Shown here: positions 41,132-49,269 of the stretch, in pieces
How the letters are laid out: the number at the start of each line of letters is the position of its first letter
Position numbering within the stretch: position 1 is the stretch's first letter
Assembly (NCBI GenBank): GCA_963797975.1
Contig: CAWCRH010000008.1
Location: 16,862-80,861 of the forward strand
Reading direction: 5' to 3'
Origin: an uncultured Thermoplasmata archaeon
GTDB lineage: Archaea; Thermoplasmatota; Thermoplasmata; Lutacidiplasmatales; UBA184
Length of the DNA: 64,000 nt
The notes under the pieces: generated by a model
What the model saw: the letters and a program-made list of their open reading frames with translations, nothing else
Databases searched by the model: none
Told to the model about the DNA's origin: nothing
Program-made: the position numbers and the translations under genes

Positions 41132-41730
41132 CAGCGAAGGAAGGCCTCGAGGGGTTCACTCGCCGCTATCTCGCGGAGGCGAAGGCGGCGCTGGACGCGC
41201 CGTACATCGAAACGGCGATCGCCCGCATCGTTCCCGAGCTCCTGCGCGCGCGGCGCCAGGGTCGAACGATATTCTTCCTCGGGAACGGAGGGAGCGCGTC
41301 GACCGCCTCCCATTTTGTCGTCGACATCGCCAAGGGAACGATGGGCCACGCCCCTCAGCCCGGCCGACGGTTCCGCTGCCTTGCGCTCAACGACAACGTG
41401 CCGACGATCACCGCCTGGGCGAACGACTTCGACTACCACGTCGGCTTCGCGGAACAGCTCCTCACGCTCGGCGAGAGGGGCGATGTGGTCTTCGCGATCT
41501 CGGGGAGCGGCAACTCCCCGAACGTGCTGCGCGCGGTCGAAGTCGCGCGCGCGGGCGGAATGTTCACGATCGGTCTCACGGGGATCGGGGGTGGGAAGCT
41601 CAAATCGATGGTCGATGTCCCGCTCGTCGTCCCGTCCGACTCGATGCAGCACACCGAGGACGTGCACCTGTCGATCTGCCACCTCCTTACCGCCTATCTG
41701 CGGGATGAGGTAGGGCCCGAGCCGGCATGA
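41128..41730 (+). CDS. SIS-domain phosphoheptose isomerase (GmhA-like)
   Basis: ...FFLGNGGSASTASHFVVD..., ...AISGSGNSPNV... and ...E..HL...H... match GmhA-type SIS motifs. Confidence 0.75.
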   Translation: MTAKEGLEGFTRRYLAEAKAALDAPYIETAIARIVPELLRARRQGRTIFFLGNGGSASTASHFVVDIAKGTMGHAPQPGRRFRCLALNDNVPTITAWANDFDYHVGFAEQLLTLGERGDVVFAISGSGNSPNVLRAVEVARAGGMFTIGLTGIGGGKLKSMVDVPLVVPSDSMQHTEDVHLSICHLLTAYLRDEVGPEPA

Positions 41731-42572
41731 GCACGGCCCGCGTGCGGGACTACATGGTCCTCTCGGTCGAGCACGTCACCGAGTCGACCACGATCGGAGA
41801 GGCCATCGAGCAAGTCACCCGGAGCCGTCACCACGGCTTCCCTGTCACCGACGCGACCGGAAAGCTCGTGGGGTTCGTGAGCACGAAGGAGCTTTTGCGC
41901 GCGCGCGAGCGGGCCAACCTCCCCTTGCGCGCGATCCTCCGCCCAGGAACGTACACCGCCCGGCCCGACACCGCCATGGACGACGCGGCGCGGATCATGT
42001 TCCGATTCGGGCTACGGGACCTACCGATCGTGGACGAGGAGGGTCGCTTGTGCGGCATCATCTCCAACCTGGACATCGTCCGCTCGCATTTCGAGCGCGC
42101 GACGCCGGTCAAAGCGGACACGCTGAAACACCTGCTCCACGAGCGCTACGGCTTCGAGTTCACGTACCGTCACGGGTTGGTCCCGCTCGCCCGGCTGAGC
42201 CCGACGCAGTGGAAGGTCTTCGAGGACGAGCTCGAAGGCCGACGCTACGAGCTCGAACGCGGCTTCGCGGAGCCGCTCCTGGTCCTCGAGAAGGGCGACC
42301 GATGGATCCTGATCGACGGCCACCATCGAGCCCTCGCGGCCCGGGAGATGGGCCTCGCTCAGCTCCAGGCCTTCATCCTCACCTGCTCGGATCCCGAGAA
42401 GTTCGACCGGATCGAGACCGGACTCGAGCGGACCGCGCGCGCGCACCACCTGACCTCGCTCGCCGACATCGAGATCGACAAGAGCGCGCATCACCCGCTC
42501 GTCGAGGTCACGACGCAGTTGCTGCGTCGCGTCGACTCCGCCGAAGGCCCCGCCCCCCCGACCGCCCCGTAA
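41727..42572 (+). CDS. CBS-pair plus ParB-like nuclease-fold (ParB/Srx) fusion protein
   Basis: The N-terminus carries two CBS motifs (…HHGFPVTD..GKLVGFVS…, …RDLPIVDEEGRLCGIIS…). The C-terminus carries ...LSPTQ...ILIDGHHRALAA..., the ParB/sulfiredoxin DGHHR signature. Confidence 0.7.
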   Translation: MSTARVRDYMVLSVEHVTESTTIGEAIEQVTRSRHHGFPVTDATGKLVGFVSTKELLRARERANLPLRAILRPGTYTARPDTAMDDAARIMFRFGLRDLPIVDEEGRLCGIISNLDIVRSHFERATPVKADTLKHLLHERYGFEFTYRHGLVPLARLSPTQWKVFEDELEGRRYELERGFAEPLLVLEKGDRWILIDGHHRALAAREMGLAQLQAFILTCSDPEKFDRIETGLERTARAHHLTSLADIEIDKSAHHPLVEVTTQLLRRVDSAEGPAPPTAP

Positions 42573-42653
42573 CGCTCAGGGAAAGCGACCCCCGACGATT
42601 CGTACATCGGTCATATCAACGCCGTCTCGGTCGGAGCCCTGCCGGGGAGTACT

Positions 42654-43703
42654 GTGAGCTCGGACGCCCGCACGTCGAGAGTCCGGCCCTGGCGGCTCGC
42701 CGCCCCCTGGGTCATCGCCGGGTTCTTGCTCGCGAGCGCAACGCTCGCGTCCGCGACGCTCGTCCCCGGAACGTTCCGCGTGGGCCCCTCGGTCGGGGTG
42801 GCCCAGGTCGTTCCATCGCCTCGGAACGATCCGGTCGTGGATGTGAACATGACGGACGGTCCGGCGTTCGTCCCCGCGGCGATCGCCACTAGCGCCGGTG
42901 CCACGCTGACCTTCCAACTGTCGAACCTCGGTACCTACAACCACTCCTTCACCATGGCCCGCCAGCCGAACGTTACGCTCAACCCCGGATGGTCACCCAG
43001 CCAGCTCGATGCCTACTTCGCGGTGAACGGCTCGCTCGCGAACACGACGCTTGCCGGCGGGCAGAACGCGAGCGTGGCGGTCACTTTCACCGGGGCGGAC
43101 AGTGTCGGGCGGTTCGAGTTCGTCTCGATCGTCCCCTACCAGTTCCAGGCGGGCATGTACGGGTTCGTCACGGTCAGCCCCTCCCCCGGCGGGAACGCGA
43201 CGACGAGCGATAACACGACCGACTCTCTCACCTACGTGCCTTCGTCGATCTATGTCGAGACGTTGGGTGGAATGCACTTCCCTATCCTGGTCCACGTGCA
43301 GGTCATCAACCTGGGAGGGCTCCTTCACACATTCACGCTGGCCCCCCAGTCGAACGTGACCGTCAGCATCTCGAACTACACTGCCTACTTCGCGGCGCAC
43401 GCCCCCCTCACGAACGTGACGGTCCCCGGTGGAGCCTCGGTCTGGGCGAATTTCACGATAAGCGGGCCGGGAATCTACATGTACATTTGTGAGGAGCCCG
43501 GTCACTTCGCGAGCGGAATGTTCGGCTTTCTCTACGTCGACGTCCCCGTGCCCACCGTCTCCACACCGAGCACGGGGATCGTACTCGTCTGGGTGCTGGG
43601 TGCGGCCGCTGTGCTCGTGGGCGTCGGCGTGATCCTCGTCATTGTGGCCTCCTACACCGGACGCTTCCCACCCAAAACCGACGGGCCCGAAGGTCATCAC
43701 TAG
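42654..43703 (+). CDS. Two-domain cupredoxin (sulfocyanin/halocyanin-like) with a C-terminal TM anchor
   Basis: Domain 2 has a complete type-1 Cu set (LHTF...YICEEPGHFASGM). Domain 1 (NHSF...VPYQFQAGMYG) lacks the Cys and second His. There are many N-x-S/T sequons. TATA-like TCATATCAA lies at 42611-42619. Confidence 0.7.
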   Translation: MSSDARTSRVRPWRLAAPWVIAGFLLASATLASATLVPGTFRVGPSVGVAQVVPSPRNDPVVDVNMTDGPAFVPAAIATSAGATLTFQLSNLGTYNHSFTMARQPNVTLNPGWSPSQLDAYFAVNGSLANTTLAGGQNASVAVTFTGADSVGRFEFVSIVPYQFQAGMYGFVTVSPSPGGNATTSDNTTDSLTYVPSSIYVETLGGMHFPILVHVQVINLGGLLHTFTLAPQSNVTVSISNYTAYFAAHAPLTNVTVPGGASVWANFTISGPGIYMYICEEPGHFASGMFGFLYVDVPVPTVSTPSTGIVLVWVLGAAAVLVGVGVILVIVASYTGRFPPKTDGPEGHH

Positions 43704-43722
43704 GTCGGCTCTCCCGCCGACC
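43703..43722 (+). terminator. Hairpin at the end of the cupredoxin gene
   Basis: GGTCGGC-tctccc-GCCGACC begins at the last base of the TAG stop codon (43701-43703). Confidence 0.3.
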
Positions 43723-43846
43723 CGGCATCACGACCTCTTGGCGCGCGGGCGTCCATGACGCGAGCGCATGCGGGGGGGGGCGAGCGTGGGTGGTCCCGTT
43801 ATGGGGCCGTCCCATCGACCGCGCCCGAATGGGCCCGTGGGGGCGC

Positions 43847-44537
43847 CTACGTGACGACGAGGAACGAGCGCATCGTTCCGTGGAAGGTGCCACAGAACTC
43901 GGTGCACTCGATGATGTACTGCGTTCCCGGCGCGGCGTTGGAGGGAACCTGGAAGTTGATCGTGTTCACGACCCCGGGAATCGCGTTGATCTGCACCCCC
44001 AACTGGGGCATGTAGAACGAGTGGTCGACGTCGACCGAAGTCACGTTGATCTGTACGACCGCGCCCGCGCTGGCCCATAAAGCGCCTCCGGTCACGGTGT
44101 TCGTCTGGGAGTTGTACTGCGACGTGAAGCAGGAGTTGTTCGAGTAGTAGCAGAACTCCCACGACCACTGTTCCCCGACGACTTTGACGAACTCGGTCGG
44201 GTTCCCCGGCGGCGGCGTCCCGCTGATGTTGAAGAGCACGAAGGTCGACCAGACCACGAGCCCGACGAGCAGGACGACCACCGCGAAGGTCCAGCCGATC
44301 TCGATCTTGTTCGTGCGGCTAACCATAGCGTCGACCCTTCGTCGTTCGGTCACGGAATCTAAGAACGCCATACACCAGGAACGCGAACGTGATCACGGCA
44401 CCGCCGGCCGCGAGGCCGGTCAGTACCCAGATGATGGGAGACTCTTGGGCGAGGTCCGTTGCGCCGGGGATGGCGCCCGGCAGGAAGGCGAAGGAGGCGC
44501 TCAGGGGAGCGAGGAAGGACGCCGACGAACCGGACAC
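43847..44537 (-). CDS. Heme-copper oxidase subunit II (CuA) with an apparent frameshift at about 44335
   Basis: CuA ligands VDHSF and ECTEFCGTFHGTM are in ORF 43847..44371. The first TM helix (…GGAVITFAFLVYGVLRFRDRTTKG) is in ORF 44319..44537. The frames join at ...TTKG / VDAMVSRTNKIEIGWT. Confidence 0.8.
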
Positions 44538-44573
44538 GGCCCTTATGCGGGTGGCTTCCTACATATTCCCGCC

Positions 44574-44624
44574 GTACGAACCTTCGGCCCCTTCCCCTCC
44601 CCCGCGGGGGCCGCCGGTTCGTAC
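44574..44624. promoter_or_regulatory. Long imperfect inverted repeat in the divergent coxII / cupredoxin intergenic region
   Basis: GTACGAACC (44574-44582) pairs with GGTTCGTAC (44616-44624). An inner GGCCCC/GGGGCC pairing extends it. TATA-like TACATATT lies at about 44560-44567. Confidence 0.45.
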
Positions 44625-44665
44625 CAAGGGGGCTTGAACCCCACCCGCCCTGCTCGCCCCGTCAC

Positions 44666-45433
44666 GTGGCCGCGAAATCATCGAACCCGCGCGGACCGCA
44701 CGCGCGATTCCTCGCCTACTTCCCATCCATCACTATCGTCCTCGCCATCGTCGTGCTGGCGGGCATCGGGTGGCTCGGGTTCATCGTGCCGGCGACCGAC
44801 CAAAGCCTCAGGGCAACGCCCCAGGGCGCGCTCCCGACGAGCGTGACGGTCACGGCGAGCAATTTCGCGTTCGTCGTGAGCACGAACGAACTCGCGCCAA
44901 ACGCGAACATCACCTTGACGTTCGTCGATACCGTGAGTACGCCTCACACGTTCACGCTCTCCTCGGTACAAGGGGTAGCCATTGACATGTCGACCTACGG
45001 CGATGACGTCTCGGAGTACTTCGCACAACATCCCTTCTACACGAGCGTCGGGCTCCTCGGGGTCGGCCAGACCACGATTACGTTCCCGAGCCCCCCGGTC
45101 GGTTGGTACGAGTTCGTCTGCAATGTCTCAGGCCACTTCTCCCTCGGTATGTACAATGCGCTGGGGTTCGGGGTTCCCGCACCCGCCAATCTGACCGGGG
45201 GAGGGACGACCGTTCAAGTCGGCTGGCCCGTCTACGTCATCACCGGCACGATCGTCGCTCTCGTGGTCCTCGCACTGGTGCTCGGCTTTGCGACGGGCCA
45301 GCGTAAGGGATCGTTGCACGAAATGCCCCCGGAGCGGCTCGGATACCCTGAGGAGACGCCCCCTTCGGCCGGTGGCGGACCTACAGCGCCGTCAGCACCC
45401 CTGCCCCCCGGTCCTCCGCCCAAGACACCGTAG
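44666..45433 (+). CDS. Single-domain type-1 blue copper protein (sulfocyanin/plastocyanin-like) with N- and C-terminal TM segments
   Basis: Cu ligands PHTF...FVCNVSGHFSLGM. There is no ATG before the first TM helix, so the GTG at 44666 is proposed as the start (uncertain). Confidence 0.65.
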   Translation: MAAKSSNPRGPHARFLAYFPSITIVLAIVVLAGIGWLGFIVPATDQSLRATPQGALPTSVTVTASNFAFVVSTNELAPNANITLTFVDTVSTPHTFTLSSVQGVAIDMSTYGDDVSEYFAQHPFYTSVGLLGVGQTTITFPSPPVGWYEFVCNVSGHFSLGMYNALGFGVPAPANLTGGGTTVQVGWPVYVITGTIVALVVLALVLGFATGQRKGSLHEMPPERLGYPEETPPSAGGGPTAPSAPLPPGPPPKTP

Positions 45434-45443
45434 AGCGAAACGA

Positions 45444-45461
45444 GCGCTCCGTCCGGAGCGC
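45444..45461 (+). terminator. Hairpin after the blue-copper gene
   Basis: GCGCTCC-gtcc-GGAGCGC lies 11 nt after the stop. Confidence 0.3.
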
Positions 45462-45482
45462 AACATTCAAATCAGACCTCGT

Positions 45483-45514
45483 GTGTAACCTACGGACCTC
45501 GTAGTAGGTTACAC
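45483..45514. promoter_or_regulatory. Perfect 11-bp inverted repeat (candidate operator) upstream of the AbrB-PhoU regulator gene
   Basis: GTGTAACCTAC-N10-GTAGGTTACAC ends 14 nt before the ATG at 45528. A TATA-like ATTCAAAT lies about 15 nt upstream, so the repeat would cover the expected transcription start. Confidence 0.5.
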
Positions 45515-45527
45515 GGAGCTTTGAACA

Positions 45528-46565
45528 ATGGCGTGGGCGACTCCAAGTCGAGAGCGGCGCGTATTGAAAGCGGGACATTCGTCGATCGCGGTCACGTTGC
45601 CCAAACCGTGGGCGGAGGCGATGAATCTGCGTCCGGGGGACCTCATCGTCTTTGACCAGAACGACGATGGTACGCTGTACTTGAAGCCCGCGCCCGCTCC
45701 CGGTGCCTCCCTCGCCGGGGCGCCTTTCCTCGTCCAGGCCCACTCCTTCGACACGCCGGGGGTCCTCGAGCGGTTGATCGTGGGGGCGTACCGCGTCGGG
45801 CACGACGCGATCGAGATCCGCACGGACGTGCCGATCGGGGGGGACCGAATGGAGGAGTTGACCACCACCGCGCGCGGACTCCTCGGGGTGAGCGTGGTCG
45901 CCCAGGAGCCGAACCGCATCTTGCTCCAGAACTTCATCGACCCGTCGAAGTACGAGCTCCCCCAGCTGGTCCAACGCATGAAGATGATCCTGATCGCCTT
46001 CCTCGAGGAGACCGAGGAGCTGCTCCGCCGCCGGACCCGCACGCGACGCCTGACGACGCTCGAGGAGGAAGCGAACAAGGTCCTCGCGCTCCTCGTCCGC
46101 CAGCTCTTCCTCGCGAGCCGCGACTGGTCGCTCGCTCGCCGTATCGGCCTACCCGACCCCCGTCAGCTCCTCGAGTGGCGGGTCGTGGTCCACGCCCTGG
46201 AAGAGCTCTCCACCCTGTTCGGGGAGACGCTCACTCGCCTCAACGCCGAACCATCGAAGCTCGACGGGACCGAGCCGCTCGTTTCGCTCTTGCCGCCGCT
46301 CAAAGCGGCGCTCAAGGAGGTCATCGAGGCGTTGATGCGTCCCTCGCTCGACAAGGCCTGCGAGGTCTACAACGTCTCGACCCAGCTCTGGGCGACGAGC
46401 GTAGAGTGTGGGGACCGCCTCAAGGCGGGCGCGCGCAAGAACGGCGTCTACGCCTCGACGCTCGCTCTCCAGAGGGCCGCGGCGGCGCTCGGCCTGCTCG
46501 CCGAGATCGGGATCGACCGAGCGGTGGCGACCGGGCACGAGGGTGTCATGGTCGGGGCCGCGTAG
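45528..46565 (+). CDS. AbrB/SpoVT-domain plus PhoU-domain regulator
   Basis: The N-terminal RRVLKAGHSSIAVTLPKPWAEAMNLRPGDLIVF is a swapped-hairpin AbrB fold. It is followed by two PhoU-like helical repeats. Confidence 0.7.
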   Translation: MAWATPSRERRVLKAGHSSIAVTLPKPWAEAMNLRPGDLIVFDQNDDGTLYLKPAPAPGASLAGAPFLVQAHSFDTPGVLERLIVGAYRVGHDAIEIRTDVPIGGDRMEELTTTARGLLGVSVVAQEPNRILLQNFIDPSKYELPQLVQRMKMILIAFLEETEELLRRRTRTRRLTTLEEEANKVLALLVRQLFLASRDWSLARRIGLPDPRQLLEWRVVVHALEELSTLFGETLTRLNAEPSKLDGTEPLVSLLPPLKAALKEVIEALMRPSLDKACEVYNVSTQLWATSVECGDRLKAGARKNGVYASTLALQRAAAALGLLAEIGIDRAVATGHEGVMVGAA

Positions 46566-46583
46566 GCCCTTTATCCCCCGACG

Positions 46584-46622
46584 ATACGAACGGTCGGTAT
46601 TCGTAGGGCCCCCCCGTACGAA
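46584..46622. promoter_or_regulatory. Cluster of three TACGAA(C)/TTCGTA motifs in the tatA promoter
   Basis: TACGAAC at 46584-46590, TTCGTA at 46599-46604 and GTACGAAC at 46615-46622, followed by CATATCG (a TATA-like element) and the tatA ATG at 46665. Confidence 0.4.
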
Positions 46623-46664
46623 CGCCATATCGTCCCCGCCTCGGTGGTCCGCCGAGGTAAGACG

Positions 46665-46910
46665 ATGTTCGACTCAATCGACGACTGGCTGATTATCGCG
46701 GTGGTCGCGGGCGTTCTGCTCTACGGGTCGACCAAGATCCCGCAGTTGGCCCGTAACCTCGGGCGCTCCACCGGGGAGTTCAAGCGGGGCAAGCTCGAGG
46801 TCGAGAACGAGATCAAAGCCCAGCAGGCCGCGGAGAATGCGAAGGGGAACGTGACCCTGGCCTCGGCACCGGCCGCCCCGAGCGCTGCGGCCCCCGGGAG
46901 CCCACGCTAG
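46665..46910 (+). CDS. tatA: Twin-arginine translocase subunit TatA/E
   Basis: MFDSIDDWLIIAVVAGVLLYGSTKIPQLARNLGRSTGEFKRG gives a TM helix, the hinge G, and an amphipathic helix. Confidence 0.85.
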   Translation: MFDSIDDWLIIAVVAGVLLYGSTKIPQLARNLGRSTGEFKRGKLEVENEIKAQQAAENAKGNVTLASAPAAPSAAAPGSPR

Positions 46911-47015
46911 GTCCTCCCGCACCCAGCGGGACCTTGGCCGTGGAGGCGGCGATCGCCAGCGGACGAACGCGAACAGACTTCGAACCAATGCACAGGGGAG
47001 GTCGGTCGAACATCG

Positions 47016-47849
47016 ATGGGGGACCTGGACCGACTCCTTTCCGTCCTTTCGGAGGCCCGCCGCCGCCTCTACCGCATCGCCCTGGTCTTGGGCCCTTTGT
47101 TCGGGTTCCTGTTGGTCTTCGAGATCCAGCTCGTCCCCTTCACGCTCGGCCCGTTCACGACCGTCGTTCCGCTGCCGATTCCCAATCTCTTCTACAACGT
47201 GACCGCGCAGGTCTTCGCGTGGCTCCAGGCCTACATGCTCCCGTCTGGCGTGCAGCTGCTGAACATCGGCGTCGGCGACTCCGTCATGGTCGAGCTGGAG
47301 ATCGGTCTCCTTCTCACGGCGATCCTCGGCATGCCGTGGATCGTGCACGAGCTCGGAGCGTTCCTCGTGCCGGCGCTCCGTCGCAACGAGCGCCGCCTGA
47401 TCCGCAGCATCGGAATCCCGGCGACGCTCCTCTTCGCGACGGGCATGCTGGTCGGGCTGTTCATCCTGACCCCGTTCACCTACGTTATTCTGTTCAAGTA
47501 CGTGGGGGCGCTCGGCCTGGCCCCCGTGATGGGGGTGCAGGACTTCGTCACGTTCACGCTCCTGTATTCGCTCGCATTCGGGATCGTCTGCGAGCTACCG
47601 GTCTTCATCTACGCGCTGACCCGGCTCGGCGTGGTCGAGGCGTCTACCTGGAAGAAGCACTGGCGGGCCGCCGTGATCGGGTCGTTGATCTTCGGGATGA
47701 TCATCACGCCCGACAACTCGGGCATCACGATGATCCTCATCGCGGTCCCGATGATGGCCCTCTACTTCGGCGGCGCCTACGTCGCGTCGCGCTACGAAAT
47801 CCGACGGGGCCGGCGGCCGGCGTCCATCCCCCTCGCGAAACCGGGGTGA
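47016..47849 (+). CDS. tatC: Twin-arginine translocase subunit TatC
   Basis: Six TM helices with TatC-type conserved stretches (…ELRRRL-like N-terminus, …PALRRNERR…, …ITPD…). Confidence 0.85.
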   Translation: MGDLDRLLSVLSEARRRLYRIALVLGPLFGFLLVFEIQLVPFTLGPFTTVVPLPIPNLFYNVTAQVFAWLQAYMLPSGVQLLNIGVGDSVMVELEIGLLLTAILGMPWIVHELGAFLVPALRRNERRLIRSIGIPATLLFATGMLVGLFILTPFTYVILFKYVGALGLAPVMGVQDFVTFTLLYSLAFGIVCELPVFIYALTRLGVVEASTWKKHWRAAVIGSLIFGMIITPDNSGITMILIAVPMMALYFGGAYVASRYEIRRGRRPASIPLAKPG

Positions 47850-47858
47850 ACTAGGTCG

Positions 47859-48260
47859 ATGGCGCTCTTCTCCGATATCGACTGGGTCATCATCGCCGCA
47901 GTCGGCGTGCTCCTCCTCTTCGGGAGCAAGAACGGCGGGAGCGTCATGCGCACCGTGGGCCGCTACTACGCTCGCATGATGACCATGAAGCAGCAGATGA
48001 TCGGGGAGGTCACCAAGGCGGCGGAGATCCCCGCGTCGATCCCCGGACGGCCGACGAGCCTGCGGGCCGCCTTCCTCGGGTTCGACTCGACGTCGACCGA
48101 CCACGTCAGCGGAATCCCAGCCGTCGTCACGAATCCGCCGGGCGTCCCGTACCACCCGACCTATCGGCCCGAGCTTCCGTGGACCGGGAGCGGGCTACCC
48201 ACCCCTACCTGGTCGGTCGTCCTTCCTCCGTTGCCGGCGGAATCGGAGGGCGTTCGATGA
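47859..48260 (+). CDS. Second TatA-family protein, TatB-like (long C-terminal tail)
   Basis: MALFSDIDWVIIAAVGVLLLFGSKNGGSVMRTVGRYYARM has the same TM-hinge-amphipathic layout. It is followed by a Pro-rich tail of about 90 aa. Confidence 0.6.
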   Translation: MALFSDIDWVIIAAVGVLLLFGSKNGGSVMRTVGRYYARMMTMKQQMIGEVTKAAEIPASIPGRPTSLRAAFLGFDSTSTDHVSGIPAVVTNPPGVPYHPTYRPELPWTGSGLPTPTWSVVLPPLPAESEGVR

Positions 48261-48448
48261 CCGGGTTGACCGCCGACCAGACCGTGACGCTCGTGGAGAT
48301 CCTCACCATCCTCCTGGGGGTCGGAATCCTTTGGGCCGTCTACTATGGGAGCGGCACCGCCGAACTACCGGGAACGGTGACCGAACCCGACCCATCCGAA
48401 GCGGACGATACGCTTCCCGACACCACCGGGAGGACGCTCACCCCGTGA
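48257..48448 (+). CDS. Small single-TM protein
   Basis: MTGLTADQTVTLVEILTILLGVGILWAVYYGSG.... Its start overlaps the upstream stop (ATGA), and its stop overlaps the proposed Rieske GTG start. Confidence 0.4.
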   Translation: MTGLTADQTVTLVEILTILLGVGILWAVYYGSGTAELPGTVTEPDPSEADDTLPDTTGRTLTP

Positions 48449-49260
48449 GGTCCGACTGCCCGCCCACCTGCCCGTACGCTGCCGCACACGATGGCCCCCT
48501 CGCGTTCCCGGTCGGACAGCTACGACGCATCGCCCCGGCCGAGAACGGGGATGTTGACGAAACGAAACGGAACATCCTGAAGCTCCTCGCGATCGCGGGC
48601 GTCATCGGGGCCGCCGGAGGCGGCCTGGTCGGCGGGGCCATCCAATATGTGCAGCCCCCAACGGTGGGAGTCTCCCAGCCGTACATCACCCAGCTCCTGG
48701 ATGTCGACGGGAGCCCGCTGACGGTCTCCAAGGTCGAAAACGAGTACAACGTCAACACCGGCGCCGTCCTGACCTTCAACTATCCGCTCCAGAACGAGCC
48801 CAACTTCCTCCTCAACGTCCAGGGGAACACGCAGGGAGTGAAGAACGTCCCCGGCGGGATCGGTACGGACGGCACGATCGTCGCCTACAGCGCGATCTGT
48901 CAACACCTGGGCTGCACCGCGCCCGCCATCATGTACTATCCGCCGGGCACCTGCCCGGGGAAGACGTTCAACACTCCCGAAGGAACGATCGACTTCTTCA
49001 TCCACTGCTCGTGCCACGGGTCGACCTACGATCCGGCCAACGCCGCGTCGAACCTGACGGGCCCCGCGGTCCTACCGTTGCCCCAGGTGATCCTTCAGGC
49101 CGACCCGAACACAGGTGCGATTTCGGCGGTGGGGATGACCGCCTCGAGCCCACCGGTGAACGGTCACGTGAACACCTTCAGCGGCGACTATGGGGTCGGG
49201 TCGACCTCGAAACTCGCGAAGCAGGCGCAGGGACCGATCATCTGCAGCTTCCCAGGCTAG
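48445..49260 (+). CDS. Rieske [2Fe-2S] protein with a KR-type Tat signal
   Basis: CQHLGCT and CSCHGSTYD boxes are separated by about 30 aa. The N-terminal ETKRNILKLLAIAGVIGAAGGG fits (S/T)-[RK]-R-x-[FIL]-L-K. A GTG start is proposed. Confidence 0.8.
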   Translation: MRSDCPPTCPYAAAHDGPLAFPVGQLRRIAPAENGDVDETKRNILKLLAIAGVIGAAGGGLVGGAIQYVQPPTVGVSQPYITQLLDVDGSPLTVSKVENEYNVNTGAVLTFNYPLQNEPNFLLNVQGNTQGVKNVPGGIGTDGTIVAYSAICQHLGCTAPAIMYYPPGTCPGKTFNTPEGTIDFFIHCSCHGSTYDPANAASNLTGPAVLPLPQVILQADPNTGAISAVGMTASSPPVNGHVNTFSGDYGVGSTSKLAKQAQGPIICSFPG

Positions 49261-49269
49261 GGGGCAAGC

